DNA of 64,000 nt from an uncultured Methanomicrobiaceae archaeon (GCA_963826525.1 CAWGXH010000003.1:384001-448000); one strand, 5' to 3'. Positions 21,589 through 35,400 are shown, numbered from the stretch's first letter. A program made the numbers and translations. The notes: generated by a model not told the origin, from the sequence alone.

Positions 21589-22653
21589 ATGCAGTATATT
21601 CAACCTAGACCGAGTTCGATCGTGGCAGCGCTCTACACCGCGCGCGACCTCGGGGTCGACGTGGCCGTCCTGCACGGGCCGTCGGGATGCTCGTTTAAGC
21701 ACGCCCGGCTCCTCGAGGAGGACGGGATGCGTGTCCTGACCACATCGCTCGCCGACAACGAGTTCATCTTCGGCGGCCAGGAGGCGCTCGAACGGGTGCT
21801 CCGCTACGCGGAAGAGCACTTCTCACCGCATCGCATCGCGGTCGTCGGCACCTGCGTCGCCATGATCATCGGCGAGGACCTGCCGTCGGCTATCCACGAC
21901 TCGGGGATCACGACACCGGCAATCGCGGTGGATATCCACGCGGGATACCGCGAGAATATCGAAGGCGTCATCGCGACCCTCGAACCGGCGGCTGCCGCCG
22001 GCTGGATAAGCGAGGAAGAACTCGCCCGGCAGCGCTACCTTCTCGCGAAGGCGAACGAGGTCGAACGGCTCCGCGGGGCGGCCTGCAAGACGTACATCGA
22101 GCCCTCCCGGGGCGACCTCAAGCACATCGCCGCCGGCCGGCTCCTCGAGCTCGCCCGCTCCGGTGCCCGGGGCGTCGCTATCATGAACGCCAAGAAAGAG
22201 ACCGCCTACATGTTCGCCGACGAGCTGCTCGCCCTCCACGACGCCTGCCCGGAGGCGAACGTCACCTACCTCGCCAACCTCGAAGACCGGGGTCTTCCGA
22301 AGGTGCGGGCGGACGGCGCCCGGATCCTCGCCGGGATGCGCGAGCGCGGCGTCGACCCCGAGCTCCTCGGGGCGCTCGACGAGTACGGGGCGAACGGCAC
22401 CGCCATCGGCGAGCGGCTCCGCGCTCTCTCGCCCGACTTCGCCCTCATCGTCGGGGTGCCGCACGCCGTCCCGCCGGAGTATACGGCAGGGATCGAGGTG
22501 ATCTCGATCACGAACGGTCCCCGGCAGGTCGAGCCGCTCCGCGATATCGGCCACGCCCACGTGGTCGTCGAGGTCGACCTTCACCCGAAGACGCTCGGCG
22601 TCCGCGAGATCGTCGAGAGCGAGTTCGGCGCCGTACTGCGGAGCCTTGCATGA
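21589..22653 (+). CDS. cfbD: Ni-sirohydrochlorin a,c-diamide reductive cyclase catalytic subunit
   Basis: QPRPSSIVAALYT.RDL, LHGPSGCSFKHARLLEEDG, VVGTC.AMIIGED, DLHPKTLG. Confidence 0.95.
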   Translation: MQYIQPRPSSIVAALYTARDLGVDVAVLHGPSGCSFKHARLLEEDGMRVLTTSLADNEFIFGGQEALERVLRYAEEHFSPHRIAVVGTCVAMIIGEDLPSAIHDSGITTPAIAVDIHAGYRENIEGVIATLEPAAAAGWISEEELARQRYLLAKANEVERLRGAACKTYIEPSRGDLKHIAAGRLLELARSGARGVAIMNAKKETAYMFADELLALHDACPEANVTYLANLEDRGLPKVRADGARILAGMRERGVDPELLGALDEYGANGTAIGERLRALSPDFALIVGVPHAVPPEYTAGIEVISITNGPRQVEPLRDIGHAHVVVEVDLHPKTLGVREIVESEFGAVLRSLA

Positions 22654-24024
22654 AGACGTTCCTGGTCGCCGGAGACCGGTCGGGGAGCGGGAAGACGAGC
22701 ATCACGCTGGCGCTCTCCGCCCTCCTCTCGAAGGATAAGCAGGTGCAGACCTTCAAGGTCGGGATGGACTATATCGATCCCTCCTACCTCACCGGCGTCA
22801 CCGGCCGGCCGTGCCGGAACCTGGACGGCTACGTGATGACCCCGAAGCAGCGCCGGATGGTCTTCGATCACGGCTGCCGGGGTGCTGACGTCGCCGTCGT
22901 CGAGGGCGTCCGGGGACTCTTCGAGGGCGCCGAGGCGCTCACCGATCTCGGGAGCACGGCAGAGATCGCAAAACAGACTCGATCTTCCCGTGCTGCTTGT
23001 CATCAACGCCCGAAGCATTACCCGGAGCGCGGCCGCGATCGTGAAGGGGTTCATGGCCTTCGATCCGAACGTCCGGATCAAGGGCGTCATCTTAAACAAC
23101 CTCACCGGGAGCCGCCACCGGGAGAAAGCGGTGGCCGCGGTCGAGCACTACTGCGGCGTCCCGGTCGTCGGCACCATCCCGCGGACCGAGGAGATGGAGC
23201 TTGCGATGCGGCACCTCGGGCTCGTCCCCTACCGCGAGGGGACGGAGCACGACGCGTTCCACCAGCGGATCGACCTGATTACGGAGAAGATCGGCGAGCA
23301 CGTCGACCTCGACCTCCTCGGCGAGCTTGTCGAAGACCGTGCGCCGCCGGGTGAGCCGGACGCTTTCTTCGCGGCACCCGACCCCGACATCCGGATCGGC
23401 GTCGCCCTCGACGAGGCGTTCAACTTCTACTACTCGGACCTCTTCGACGTCCTCGCCGCACTCGGGGCGGAGGTCGTTCCCTTCTCGCCGATCCACGGTT
23501 CATTGCCCGAGGCGGACGGCTACGTCCTCGGCGGCGGCTACCCCGAGCTCTTCGGGCCCGAGCTCGAGGCGAACGCGTCCCTCCGCGAGGCGCTCTCGGA
23601 GGAGTCTCGGCGGGGAACGCCGATCTACGCCGAGTGCGGCGGGCTGATCTACCTCACGGACCGGCTGGTGCTCAAGGCAGGGTTCCAGGGTTCGGAGCAA
23701 CAGCAGGTCTACGATATGGCAGGCGTCTTTCCGGGCGAGACCCGGATGCCCTCCCGGCGGATGCTCGGGTACGTTGTCGGAACGAGCGATGCGAAGAGCC
23801 CCCTCGGGGCGGCAGCGTTCAAGGGCCACGAATTCCACTACAGCGACGTGCGGCTCGAAGACGGGGTGCGCTACTCCTACCGCCTCTCCCGGGGCGGCGG
23901 GATCGAGGGCGGCCTCGACGGGGCGACCGTCGACCGGACGCTCGGGAGCTACACCCACCTGCACCCGGTGACGAGCCGGGGAATGTTTCAGCATTTCGTC
24001 GATCAGTGCCGCATCCGGAGCTGA
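22650..24024 (+). CDS. cfbB: Ni-sirohydrochlorin a,c-diamide synthase (CobB/CbiA-like; frameshift near 22975)
   Basis: AGDRSGSGKTS, FKVGMDYIDP, VEGVRGLFEG, AECGGL.YL, GHEFHYS. Confidence 0.92.
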
Positions 24025-24112
24025 ATCCTCCGGCCGCACGCTCTTTTTGCTCTGATTCCGGCATCGGAGATGAAACGGAACTATTGTAAAGAGCAGGTGC
24101 CAAAATCAGTAT

Positions 24113-24979
24113 ATGATCATCTATCTTGACGGCAGATATGTTCCCGAAGAGGAGGCGAAGGTTTCGGTCTTCGACCACGGCCTGCTCTACGGGGACGGTG
24201 TTTTTGAGGGTATCCGCGCCTATAACGGGAGGGTCTTCCGGCTGGAGGCGCACCTCGAGCGGCTCTACGACTCGGCAAAGACGCTCGACCTGAAGGTCCC
24301 GATCTCCCGGGAGGAGATGACCGAGGTCATCAAGGAGACGCTCCGGAAGAACAACCTCAGCGACGCCTACATCCGCCCGATCGTCACCCGCGGCAAGGGC
24401 GACCTCGGCCTCGATCCCCGGAAGTGCCCGAAGCCGACGGTTATCGTTATCGCGGTCTCGTGGGGCGCGATGTACGGCGATCTCTATGATAAGGGGCTCA
24501 AGGCGGTCACGGTCTCGGTGCGGCGGACGCCGGCGGAGTCGATGCCCCCGAACGTCAAGAGCCTGAACTACTTAAACAACATCCTCGCCAAGATCGAGGC
24601 GAACTACAAGGGCGGCGACGAGGCGATCTTCTTCGACACGAACGGCTACGTCTCGGAGGGCTCGGGGGACAATATCTTCGTCGTCAAGAACGGCGAGATC
24701 GTCACGCCGCCGACCCTGAACAACCTGCGCGGGATCACCCGGATAGTCGTCCTCGAGATCGCCCGCTCGCTCGGCATCACCGTCCGGGAGCAGAACCTCG
24801 GCTACTACGATCTCTACTCCGCCGACGAGGTTTTCGTGACGGGAACGGCGGCCGAAGTCGCCCCGATCCGCGATATCGACGGCCGCAGCATCGGCACCGG
24901 CAAGCCCGGCCCCGTCACCCGGCAGATGATGGCGGCCTTCCACCACGTGACCGAGACGGAAGGCACGCCGATAGCGTGA
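24113..24979 (+). CDS. ilvE: Branched-chain amino acid aminotransferase
   Basis: [40 protein letters not shown]. Confidence 0.96.
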   Translation: MIIYLDGRYVPEEEAKVSVFDHGLLYGDGVFEGIRAYNGRVFRLEAHLERLYDSAKTLDLKVPISREEMTEVIKETLRKNNLSDAYIRPIVTRGKGDLGLDPRKCPKPTVIVIAVSWGAMYGDLYDKGLKAVTVSVRRTPAESMPPNVKSLNYLNNILAKIEANYKGGDEAIFFDTNGYVSEGSGDNIFVVKNGEIVTPPTLNNLRGITRIVVLEIARSLGITVREQNLGYYDLYSADEVFVTGTAAEVAPIRDIDGRSIGTGKPGPVTRQMMAAFHHVTETEGTPIA

Positions 24980-25052
24980 TCGCCTGACGGAAATCCCGGC
25001 AGCAAAACTTTTTTATCTGCATCCGACGTAGTAGTATGGCACAACTGTGCGC

Positions 25053-25126
25053 GCTGCTATAGTGTAGGGGCCAATCATGTCGGCCTTTCACGCCGACGAC
25101 AGGGGTTCAAATCCCCTTAGGCAGCA
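25053..25126 (+). tRNA. tRNA-Glu (anticodon TTC)
   Basis: Cloverleaf: anticodon stem GTCGGC/GCCGAC around CT-TTC-AC, T-arm AGGGG-TTCAAAT-CCCCT, acceptor GCTGCTA vs TAGGCAGC-A (one extra G, probably an indel error). Confidence 0.92.
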
Positions 25127-25216
25127 TGTTCTGTTTTATGAAATATGAGATGTGTGCTTTATCATAGTAACTGACCCATACTCAAGAGATACAATCTGTA
25201 TCCCTTAATGAATGTA

Positions 25217-27094
25217 TCATTTCTTAGGGTTTAAGTGTTTATGAGCATATTTGTAAAACTCATCAACATTCAATAGTTGTAGACTATTGCCCGATCGGAT
25301 GAAGAATTCGCATTTACTATTATCGTTTACAAAAACAGGCTCTGGTGAAGGAGCGACTTTTACTATACATACCTCTTTGCTATTTGAATTTTTTTGGAAC
25401 TCGACGCTAATATACTGCCGCAAATAAATTCCCAGCATTTTGTTTATTGCTGCATTTAATCGCAGTTCAAAACCGTCACTATTCTGAAGTCGCTTTTCCT
25501 TCAGACAGGCGTAGTCGTTTTCCAAGCCGACAACCTCTCCATCTCTTACGCCAATAACTAAAGTTCCTCCATTAAAATTTAAAAAACTGGCAGATCGATC
25601 TTACAATATCATGTACCAATGTCTTCTTACAGCAGCATTCTATGTAACTCCATAACATAGAAGATTTAAATTCAAGTTTCTCGCTCTCATCATGCTGGAT
25701 CAGTAATTCAAGAGGGATATTATCTTCAAAATTTGCATTCCCTACCTTATCTACGAGATATTTTTTAAGATAGTCTTCATCTACATCAATCTGTCGAACT
25801 ATGATCGAATCCCTCTTTTTGGAAGGTATTGATACAAGATTCAGCCCTGGCATGCATATCACCTCCGTGACCAGAATAATCTGTTCCACAGGTGAGAAAT
25901 ACAATCCAGCCTCGATCCACTCCGCCATAGTTGAGATCCGTTATTTAAGACAGCATACACTATAGAAATAGCCTGCGACTCCCTCAACAGGATGTCGAAT
26001 CCTTAAAACAACGACTTTTTCATCATCACTCTTTTCTGCGTATTTCACCACCCCATAGAGAAATGGGATAAAGGCGAATACGCTCGAAAAATCCCATATT
26101 TTTTGAGTGTCAAGGAAATTTACAGGAATCCACGTGAAGTAATAATCGATCAATTTAAAACGAGATTCCTCGTCGGTCAAATTTATTAAATATCCCGGCT
26201 CCTTTACCTTTGTGCGATCTAAAATCGGGCATCAGTGTTTTTTTTTCGTACCCGGGAGGAAGTCTAAAAATAGGCTCTAAATCCCGCCACCTTGTTTCAA
26301 GAGGCTTGATATACAAGTCGTAGAACTCTGAATAGTGTGAATCCAAGTTATTCCCATCCCGCTATAAGCCTGCCTCGCTCTCGATCAGCGGAATAAATCA
26401 GTTGCTCTATAAAGTTTCTTCCCTTAAGAATTTTGTAATTATCTGCATTTAGCAAATCAGGTGCTTTATGCAGTTCTTTTGCTGGTGAATCTTCAAATTT
26501 CTGTTTACCGAGAAGCGTTGAAACCAAATATACTCAAGTGCATAGGCGTATCCTTGAAGATCTTCTACGCCCGGTTGAGTTACTGATCTGTCTAATAGTA
26601 TACTTCGTGCTCCAGCAGGAAAGCCAGCTCTGGTGTCGTTTAAGCTACGAAGAACATAAGATAAAGCAACATATTTACGCGCCAGTTCTTTGGATTCGTT
26701 CGAATTAACCTCTGATCGATCAATAATCTTCTGAAATACTTCTGTTACATCCTGCATGCGATGAATTGCCAATATTAATTCTTCTTTAGTTTCGGCAGAG
26801 TGTATTCGTTCAGCATGATTCCAGATAGTCTTTAGTGCAACCGCCTTTTCGCACGAGTTTGGGAAATTTTCTAAATTTACTGACCCAACCGCGTGTTGAT
26901 ATGTACAGATCCTCTTCCAACTGAAGCGACTGATCATCCATTACCACATCAAAAATAGATACCGAACAGACGAAAATAAAATATCGATATCCCTCAAAAA
27001 ATGAGGTAAAATCGGAAATATTATGGTGTTCTTGAAGCCATGTCTCAAAAGAGTGAACATTAGAAGCGATTTTTAAAAATCTGAACGGATGCAA
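25217..27094 (-). CDS. Large protein with unknown N-terminal region and C-terminal Schlafen/AlbA_2 domain (multiple frame breaks; could be a pseudogene or two genes)
   Basis: ESEKLEFKSS...FLNFNGGTLVIGV...GLENDY...FFIRSGNS AlbA_2 motifs; chained AT-rich ORF fragments. Confidence 0.7.
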
Positions 27095-27446
27095 TTAGGT
27101 CGTCGAGCATTAATGAAATTATAATCCGATCTATGTAAAAGTTATGTGATGTTATCAGCACACATTTAGGCCTTAGATAGTCAATCCCTTCGGTGTATGC
27201 CTAATAAAAGGATGTGCCCGGTTCTTGTACTATTTTTTCTTGTGGTAAAACTGCGGGCTGCAGTGATTTTGGTAGTGCTCCACTCATAAATAAAAATTAA
27301 TTTCAGAGGGTATGATCGCATTACACAGAGCAATGATCGTGTTCATACAAAAAATTCACATAGGGAGATTGTTTCCATTACAGTTATTTTTAGAGCACCA
27401 TCGATACATTGAGATTTGCCAAACCGATTGAAATATAAGGAATACC

Positions 27447-28404
27447 TAAAGTGTTCTCACAAAATAGTTTCCACTCTCAAGGCGGTACTTATTCATTTCA
27501 TCGGCGAGAATGTCATTAAATATGTTCTCGACCTTTTGAAGTGTGGTGATATATTCCTCGATTCGCTGAAGGAGATAGGTATTTCTTTTTTTAATTTGCA
27601 TTCAATTCCACTCTGGTTAAGGAACGTTCTATCTGCTATGCCTAGGTTGTGAACGATTACATTTCTCTTTTGCATCAGTAAATTCATCTGTCTTAAGGTG
27701 TCTTCGCCTAACTTATCACTTAAGATAATTCCCAAATTGTCCTTATAGGCTTTTTTGACCTTTCCCATGTTAATAAAGTCATTTTTGACCTCTGAGTAAA
27801 AGCGAGGAAAAAGCGAACTACCGTGTCGTACAAAGCGAATATTCAATAATACGCAGAAATTCTCTTTTAGGTATACTTCTGCTGATGTTGCTAATAAGAT
27901 AATGCACTGTTCAAGCAGCACTCTTTCTGTCACGTTTTCTGTCAAGTGCTTTTCAGAGTTTTCGGGGGTATCATTTGATGTTTTATTTTTCCATTCAACT
28001 GCCAGTTGATAGATCACATTGACTTTACTAGCCCACCGATCAATTTTTCATGCGGGTTTGTTTCCCCGCAAAAAACACAGGTCCAGGGGGTCTGTTCTAT
28101 CCTTCTCTCTCTGTTCCTTTGGCATCGCGAGTAAACCTGAATTACTACAATAAGGGCAAGTGCCAAAGAAAGACTAAATATGAAGATTTAGCCAGAAGTT
28201 CACTAATATCCTTGAAATTTCTGGTTTTTAATCTTGTATCGATTAAATGGCATAAGGTTTGGTTATTCTCCTGAATAAAAACCTCCCGCAGCCAATGTAA
28301 GAGTGATTCCTTCTGAAAATCATCAGAATGCTCAATGAGAGTTTCATCTATCCTATGGTAAGGGATTGTCGAGTAAATCAATATGGTGTTAGTAATATGG
28401 GCAT
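27447..28404 (-). CDS. Zn-ribbon plus HEPN-type protein (frameshifted; ends approximate)
   Basis: CPYC...CVFC pair read across frames at ~28070-28160; C-terminal KRNVIVHN (Rx4H) HEPN motif; AT-rich. Confidence 0.65.
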
Positions 28405-28546
28405 ATTACTGCTTCTCAAATTTCCTAATCCAACAAGTTACCATGGGTTGCCGCCCCGCAATCGATAATGTAGCCCTTTCTCTGGCGAAAGCCTGAGTTT
28501 TTGGTCATTTTTGGCAAGGAATCCGCTGCAACCTGCGCGAGTTCCC

Positions 28547-28875
28547 CCCAGTGGGCCTGGGCAGTTGGAACCCCTACCCTGATGAGAGTAAACCCTCCTC
28601 CCATCGCCCCAAAAGAAGCCCAAATCGCCGCCCTTTTCCGATTCTAACGAAGGTTCCCGATCCCGGATCCCGCCACGAAAATTAACCGAAGTATCTGGCC
28701 CCGATTCCCAAAATACGGCAGAATAGCGAGGCCATATCGGCGATATTTCCGGCAGTAATTTCCAGACGATGTTTCCTATGGCTCGCCCCGAGATCGGCCG
28801 TCTGAGGGCTTCTGTGAGGGTCGTTTTTTCGACGGATTCGGCCCGGATTGCCGATATGTAAGCGTTGCCGAACCC
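28547..28875 (+). repeat. Dispersed ~330-bp repeat R, copy 1
   Basis: CAAATCGCCGCCCTTTT..GATTCTAACGAAG..CCCGATCCCGGATCCCGCC..GAAAATTAACC and GAGATCGGCCG.CTG.GGGCTTCTGTG.GGGTCG shared with 56608..56946, the latter also with 52615..52953. Confidence 0.85.
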
Positions 28876-29419
28876 TTGCCGTGTTGCACGCATCCCGCCG
28901 TTGGTCTTCAGGCGATATTACTTCTGTGCATTTCTTCATGCCACGCTATAACCAGCATGGTGCAGCAGTTCATACCGGCAGGCATGGATCGATCATCCGC
29001 GTCGGATACCCGGAACGTCCGCAGGCATACGGCAGAATCCCCGGCACGGCTTCTGGATTGAAAAGTGCTCCGCCCATCCGTCTTCCCGGTATGCAGTATA
29101 CCCGTCACAGAGATCCGGGGTCGAAACAGGATCGTCCTCGAAACGCCATGCCTGCATACCGGCAGGAAGGAGCAGCACCGGCCGCGGAAAAACCGGATAC
29201 TGTTCCGCATCGCACTCACGGAAGGGGATATGGAACGTACATACGATAGAAAGTCAGTATGTGGAATCAGTTTCATGCAACCGCCTCTCTTGTAGCGTAC
29301 AATCATGAAACGCTACATTTAATATCGGTGATTCCTCAGTAGAATTCATATAGTCCTAACGTTTTTTTCAGGGTATCCCTGAAATAACCCTCTTTGCAAT
29401 ACTGGTTTGGTGAATTATT

Positions 29420-32400
29420 ATGGGTAAAACGAGAATCCTTGTGAAAACCTTTCTCCTGCTCCTGGTATGTACATGCATCGTTGGAGGCGTGCAGGCAGTT
29501 GAATTATATGAATTTGCGGCACAATGGGGCTCCTTTGGCTCTGATGACGGGCAGTTCGTCAGGCCGGAGGGGATCTGTGTCGACAGTAAGGGGAACGTCT
29601 ATGTAACGGATACGTATTACGTTGCAGATAGCGGCAGTATACAGGAGATAAACAACCGGATCCAGAAGTTCGACAGTGCACGGCACCTTCATCACAAAAT
29701 GGGGATCAAATGGAACCGGGGCGGGCCAGTTCTCGTATCCCAGGGGAATAGCGGCGGATGGAGACGACATGCTATACGTCGTCGAACAGAACAATCACCG
29801 CGTTCAGAAGTTTGATGCCGATGGCTTGTACCTGACAGAATGGGGATCGGAGGGGTCAGGTGACGGTCAGTTCAAGAAGCCGGGCGGCATTGCAGCGGAT
29901 AGTGCGGGCAACATCTATGTGGCAGATACGCAGAATCATCGGATCCAGAAGTTTGATTCGACCGGCACCTTCATCACCACATGGGGTGCCCAGGGATCGG
30001 GCAATGGCCAGTTTAACTTTCCTTTAGCCATTGCCGTCAGTTCTGATGACTATATCTATGTGGGCGATGAGAATTACCGGATCCAGAAGTTCGACGCAAA
30101 CGGCACCTTCATCACCAGATGGGGCTCAGAGGGCATGGGCGACGGTCGGTTCACCTATCCGCCGAGCGGTATGGCGGTGGACGAAGCCGGGAACCTCTTC
30201 GTTGCCGAAGGTCAGTACTATACCGGGACCGGGCTGCTGTACCGTATTCAGAAGTTCGATGCGAACGGGACATTTATCACCAAATGGGGATACCGTGGCA
30301 CAGGTGAGGGGGGGTTCCAGTATCCACGAGGTGTTGCAGTCGATCGGAACGGCCTCGTCTTTGTGGCAGACGGGTGGTTGAAAAGTCAACCCCACCGGAT
30401 CCAGACGTTTGCTCTTCAAAGAGATGATCTGATCGTCAACTTCACCGGAGAACCAGGAGAAGGAGACTCTCCACTCTTCGTAAACTTCACCGATACATCC
30501 ACCGGAACCCCGACAGCATGGTCCTGGACATTCGGCGATGGGAACACCTCTACCGAACAGCACCCAAGCAACATCTATACCTCGCCCGGAACCTACAACG
30601 TCTCACTGACGGTCGAGAACGCAGTGGGGAGCAACACCACAACAAAGAATGGATATATCACCGTCCATGATCTGATAGCAGGTTTCATCGGAGAGCCACG
30701 AGAAGGAGATTTTCCACTCCTTGTGAATTTCACCGATACATCCACCGGGTCACCGACATCATGGTTGTGGACGTTTGGAGATGGGGGATCCGCTACCGAG
30801 CAGCACCCAAACTATACCTATACCGCACCCGGCAACTACAGCGTCTCACTCACTGTTGAGAATGCAGGTGGAAGTAATACAACAACAGAGGATGCGTATA
30901 TCATCGCCAGGGACTGGGTCAAAGCAGACTTCACCGTAGATACCACTGAAGGTGTTGCTCCCCTGACGGTACAATTTACCGACACCTCAACCGGAGGTCT
31001 TGCACCGCCGGATGCATGGGAATGGACATTTATACGCTTTGACGATATCGAATGGCAGTATACCACGAATGAACAGAACCCGAGCTACACATTTACAATA
31101 CCTGATTATTATATTATTTCACTCCACGTAGCGAGGGATAATGTAACCGATATAGCGGTTTTAAGTGACGGGATCAGGGTGACGCAGGCACCGCCTGTCG
31201 CCAATTTCATCGGAAATACCACCAACGGCCCTGCTCCGCTGACCGTTCAATTCACCGATACCTCGACCGGGAATGCATCAGAATGGAACTGGGACTTTGG
31301 AGATGGCGTCACCTCAACAGAACAGCATCCACTGAAAACCTATGGTATACCCGGCCTCTACACCGTATCACTGAATGCAACCAACGATGGTGGAAGCAGC
31401 CTTGAAACGAAGACCGATTATATCACGGTCACCGGTTCACCAACACCGCCTCTCGCGAATTTTGCTGGAACACCGACAACAGGGGCAGCCCCACTTACCG
31501 TTCAGTTTACCGATCTCTCGACCAGAGGGCCAACGCAATGGTTCTGGCAATTTGGAGACGGAACCAATTCCACAGCCCAAAACCCGAAAAAGACCTTTAC
31601 CACAGCCGGCACCTATACCGTATCGCTCACTGCAACAAATGCAGCCGGAGGTGACGGTGTAACAAAGACCGATTATATCACGGTCACCATCCCCGTACCG
31701 CCTGCTGCGAACTTCACCGGGACACCCAGAACAGGAACAGTACCTCATACCGTACAGTTCACCGATCTCTCGACCGGGAACCCGACAGAATGGTTCTGGC
31801 AGTTCGGGGATGGAACGAACTCGACCCAGCAGAATCCGCTGAAGGTCTACACCACTGCCGGGAGCTACTCCATTTCACTCAATGCAACAAATGCACAGGG
31901 CAGCAGCAGTACGACAGAAGATAATTACATAACAGTCACCGATGGGCCAACACCACCGACCGCAGCATTCTCCGGTGCACCCACAAACGGCACTGCACCG
32001 CTCGCTGTGCGGTTTACCGATCTCTCGACCGGAACTCCGACGGCATGGCTCTGGCAGTTTGGGGATGGGACGAACTCGACCCAGCAGAACCCTGAGAAGA
32101 TCTTATACAGCACCCGGTACCTACACCGTCTCGCTGAATGCAACAAACGCACAGGGCAGCAGTTCCGTAATAAAAGATCAGTTCATCACGGTCACCGAGA
32201 CGCCATCGCCGCCTGCTGCCGACTTCACAGGGACGCCCACGGCCGGCATCCGTCAACTTACGGTGCAGTTCACCGATCTCTCGACCGGAAACCCGACTGC
32301 ATGGCTCTGGCAGTTTGGGGATGGAACAAATTCCACAGAACAGCACCCTCAAAAGACATATACCACAGTCGGCACCTACACCGTCTCGTTGAATGCAACA

Positions 32401-35400
32401 AATGAAGACGGGAGCAGCACTCGAACAAAAGAGCATTTTATCAGTGTCATTGATGTCCCGGCACCGGGAAATTACACATTTACCACCCAATGGGGCTCAA
32501 GGGGTTCAAATGACGGGCAGTTCGTCTATCCTGAAGGGCTGACCCTGGATGGCAGCGGTACGCTCTTTGTCGTCGATCAGGGCAATAATCGCATCCAGAG
32601 GTTCGACAGGAATGGTACCTTTATGCAGAAGTGGGGGACGTCCGGCTCAGGAGAGGGAGAGTTTGACGTCCCGAGGGATATTGGTGCAGACGGGGAGGGG
32701 AATCTCTATGTGACCGATACCTGGAATGCCCGCATACAGCAGTTTGACAGCACAGGTTCTTTCGTCTCAGAATGGGGATCATACGGCTCCGGTGACGGAC
32801 AGTTCACGTATCTGTACGGCGTGGCGGTGGGCACGGCAGGAGATGTCTATGTGACCGATGCCGACCGGATCCAGAAGTTCAGCAGGAATGGAACGTTCAT
32901 CACGAAATGGGGGACCTCCGGCACGGGTGATGGGCAGTTCAACTCGGTTATGGGTATCGCCGCTGATTCAGGCGGTAATGTATATGTGGTCGACTGGGGG
33001 AATAATCGGGTTCAGAAGTTTGATAGCACCGGTACATTTATCACAAAATGGGGAGCTCCGGGATCAGGAGACGGAGCGTTCTCCGGACCGAAGGGTATTG
33101 CGGTGGATGATGCGAACAATGTCTATGTAGCAGATGCCAAAAACCATCGCATCCAGATCTTTGCCGCAGACGGAACGTATCTGACCCAGATAGGAGCCTT
33201 TGGGACAGATGAAGGCCAGTTCGACGAGCCGTTTGATGTTCAGGTAGACAGTACCGGGAACGTCTATGTATCGGATGCAAGGAACCATAGGATACAGGTC
33301 TTCTCACCCACAATCGAAGGAATGCCGGTTGCCGGCTTTGCCGGCACCCCGACATCCGGTGAAACGCCGCTGACCGTCACATTCACCGATGAATCGACCG
33401 GGGATATCGCAGCATGGCACTGGACTTTCGGGGATGGAACAACATCAACTGAAAAGAACCCGACGAAGATATACACGATCCCGGGAACCTACACCGTCTC
33501 TCTCACCGTCACCACTGCAATCGGAAGCGATACCGAAGAAAAGAGTCGTTTCATCACCGCAACCCCGCCCCCTGAGAACTATACCTATGCCGGTGAGTGG
33601 GGATCGGTACGGGGACGGACGGCTTCTTGCCCCGACTGGAACTGCGATAGATAATGACGGTATGATCTATGTGATAGATTCGGGCAACAATCGCATCCAG
33701 AAATTCGATAGTAATGGCACTTTTATTACGTCATGGGACGGGCAGTTTGGAGCAGAGTGGGAAGAGGGATTTCTGCAAGGGGAGGCATATGGTATTGCAG
33801 TTGATGCCGATGGCTTCGTGTATGTCTCAGACGGTGGCCGTATCCAGAAGTTCACCAGCGAAGGATCCTTCGTAACAAAATGGGGATCGGCCGGTACCGG
33901 CGACGGGCAGTTCCAGGATGCAAAGGGTATTGCAATCGATGATTCCGGGAATGTCTATGTTGCAGATTTCATAGTTAACCGTATTCAGAAGTTCACCAGT
34001 AGCGGCACCTTCATCGGACAGTTCAGGTTCTCGCAGGGATCGGGTGACGGAGAGTTCGGATTAGGACCAAGCGGCATCGCGGTCGATGCCGACGGTGCCA
34101 TGTATATCACCGATCAGATCAATAACCGTGTCCAGAAGTTCGACGGCAACGGGGCATATATCACACAATGGGGCTCTTATGGCACCGGAATCGGGATGTT
34201 CAGAAGTCCGGAAGGCATTCAGGTCGACGATACCGGCACCGTGTACGTTGCCGATAGCATGAACAACCGCATCCAGACCTTCAGCAGCACCGGTACCTTC
34301 ATCACCGCATGGGGAAGCAGGGGTGCTGCTGACGGGAATTTTGATGGCCCCCATAGTATTGCCATTGACAGTAACGGCAGCATCTATGTAACAGACTTCT
34401 ATAATAACCGCGTTCAGAAGTTCAGCAGCGACAGCGCCTTCATCACCGCATGGGGCGGCGAACCGCCGGGCGATGGAGAGTTTTATCATCCGAACGGGAT
34501 GGCGGGGGACGGCGACGGTGCTGTGCTTGTGGCAGATACCAACAACCATCGCATCCAGAAGTTCGACAGAAACGGCACCGTTATCACCACGTTCGGTGAG
34601 CGTGGATCCCCGACCGCTCCGGGGGAGATCCCTGTAGATGAGGCTGATGGGAAATTTTTCATGCCGGAAGGTGTCACCATCGACAGAGATGGCTTCATCT
34701 ATGTAGCAGATACCGGCAATCATCGCATCCAGAAATTCGACACAAACGGAACGTTCATCAGAAAATGGGGCTCGTATGGAACGAGCGATGCGGCGTTTGA
34801 CAATCCGGAGAGCATTGCAGCAGACGCAGATGGATTCATCTATGTGGCAGATACCGGCAATAATCGCATTCAGAAGTTTGATAGGAACGGCACCTTCATC
34901 ACAAAATGGGGATCGGCCGGCATCAGTGACGGGAGGTTTGGAGAACCGCGCGGGATTGCGGTTGATCCTGCCGGTTATGTCTATGTTGCAGATTGCAACA
35001 ATATCCGCATCCAGAAGTTTGACAGTAACGGCACATTCGTCACCGGATGGGGTTCATCTGGCACCGGGGACGGGCAGTTTTATCGCCCGGAAAGAATCGC
35101 ATCGGACGGAACGGGCAATATCTATGTGACTGACCCGGGTAATTACCGTGTCCAGAAGTTCACCAGTAATGGTGTTTTCATCACCGCATGGGGAACCCGC
35201 GGCTCCGGCGACGGCGAGTTTGACGTACCGCAGGGTGTTGCAATCGATGCGGACGGTTTGGTTTTTGTGGTAGATGAATACAATAACAGAGTCCAGGTAT
35301 TTTCACCCTTCAACCTGATTCCCGCACCTGTTGCTTCCTTTACTGCGAATGTGACAGGCGGTTATGCCCCGCTCGGAGTCCGGTTCACCGATACCTCTAC

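Noticed and set aside
18622-21819. Long antisense ORFs (18622..20403, 20311..21819 and similar)
   Set aside because: GC-rich shadow frames opposite well-supported genes.
18-24024. Frameshifts in many core genes (NuoH-like, GGR, cfbA, cfbE, cfbB) read as programmed frameshifting or mass pseudogenisation
   Set aside because: They are scattered single-base indels with no shared slippery motif, in genes a methanogen needs; long-read consensus error is the simplest explanation.
25116-25126. Extra G in the tRNA acceptor stem as an integration scar or an unusual tRNA
   Set aside because: It matches the single-base insertions seen throughout, and no duplicated tRNA 3' end (att site) was found downstream.
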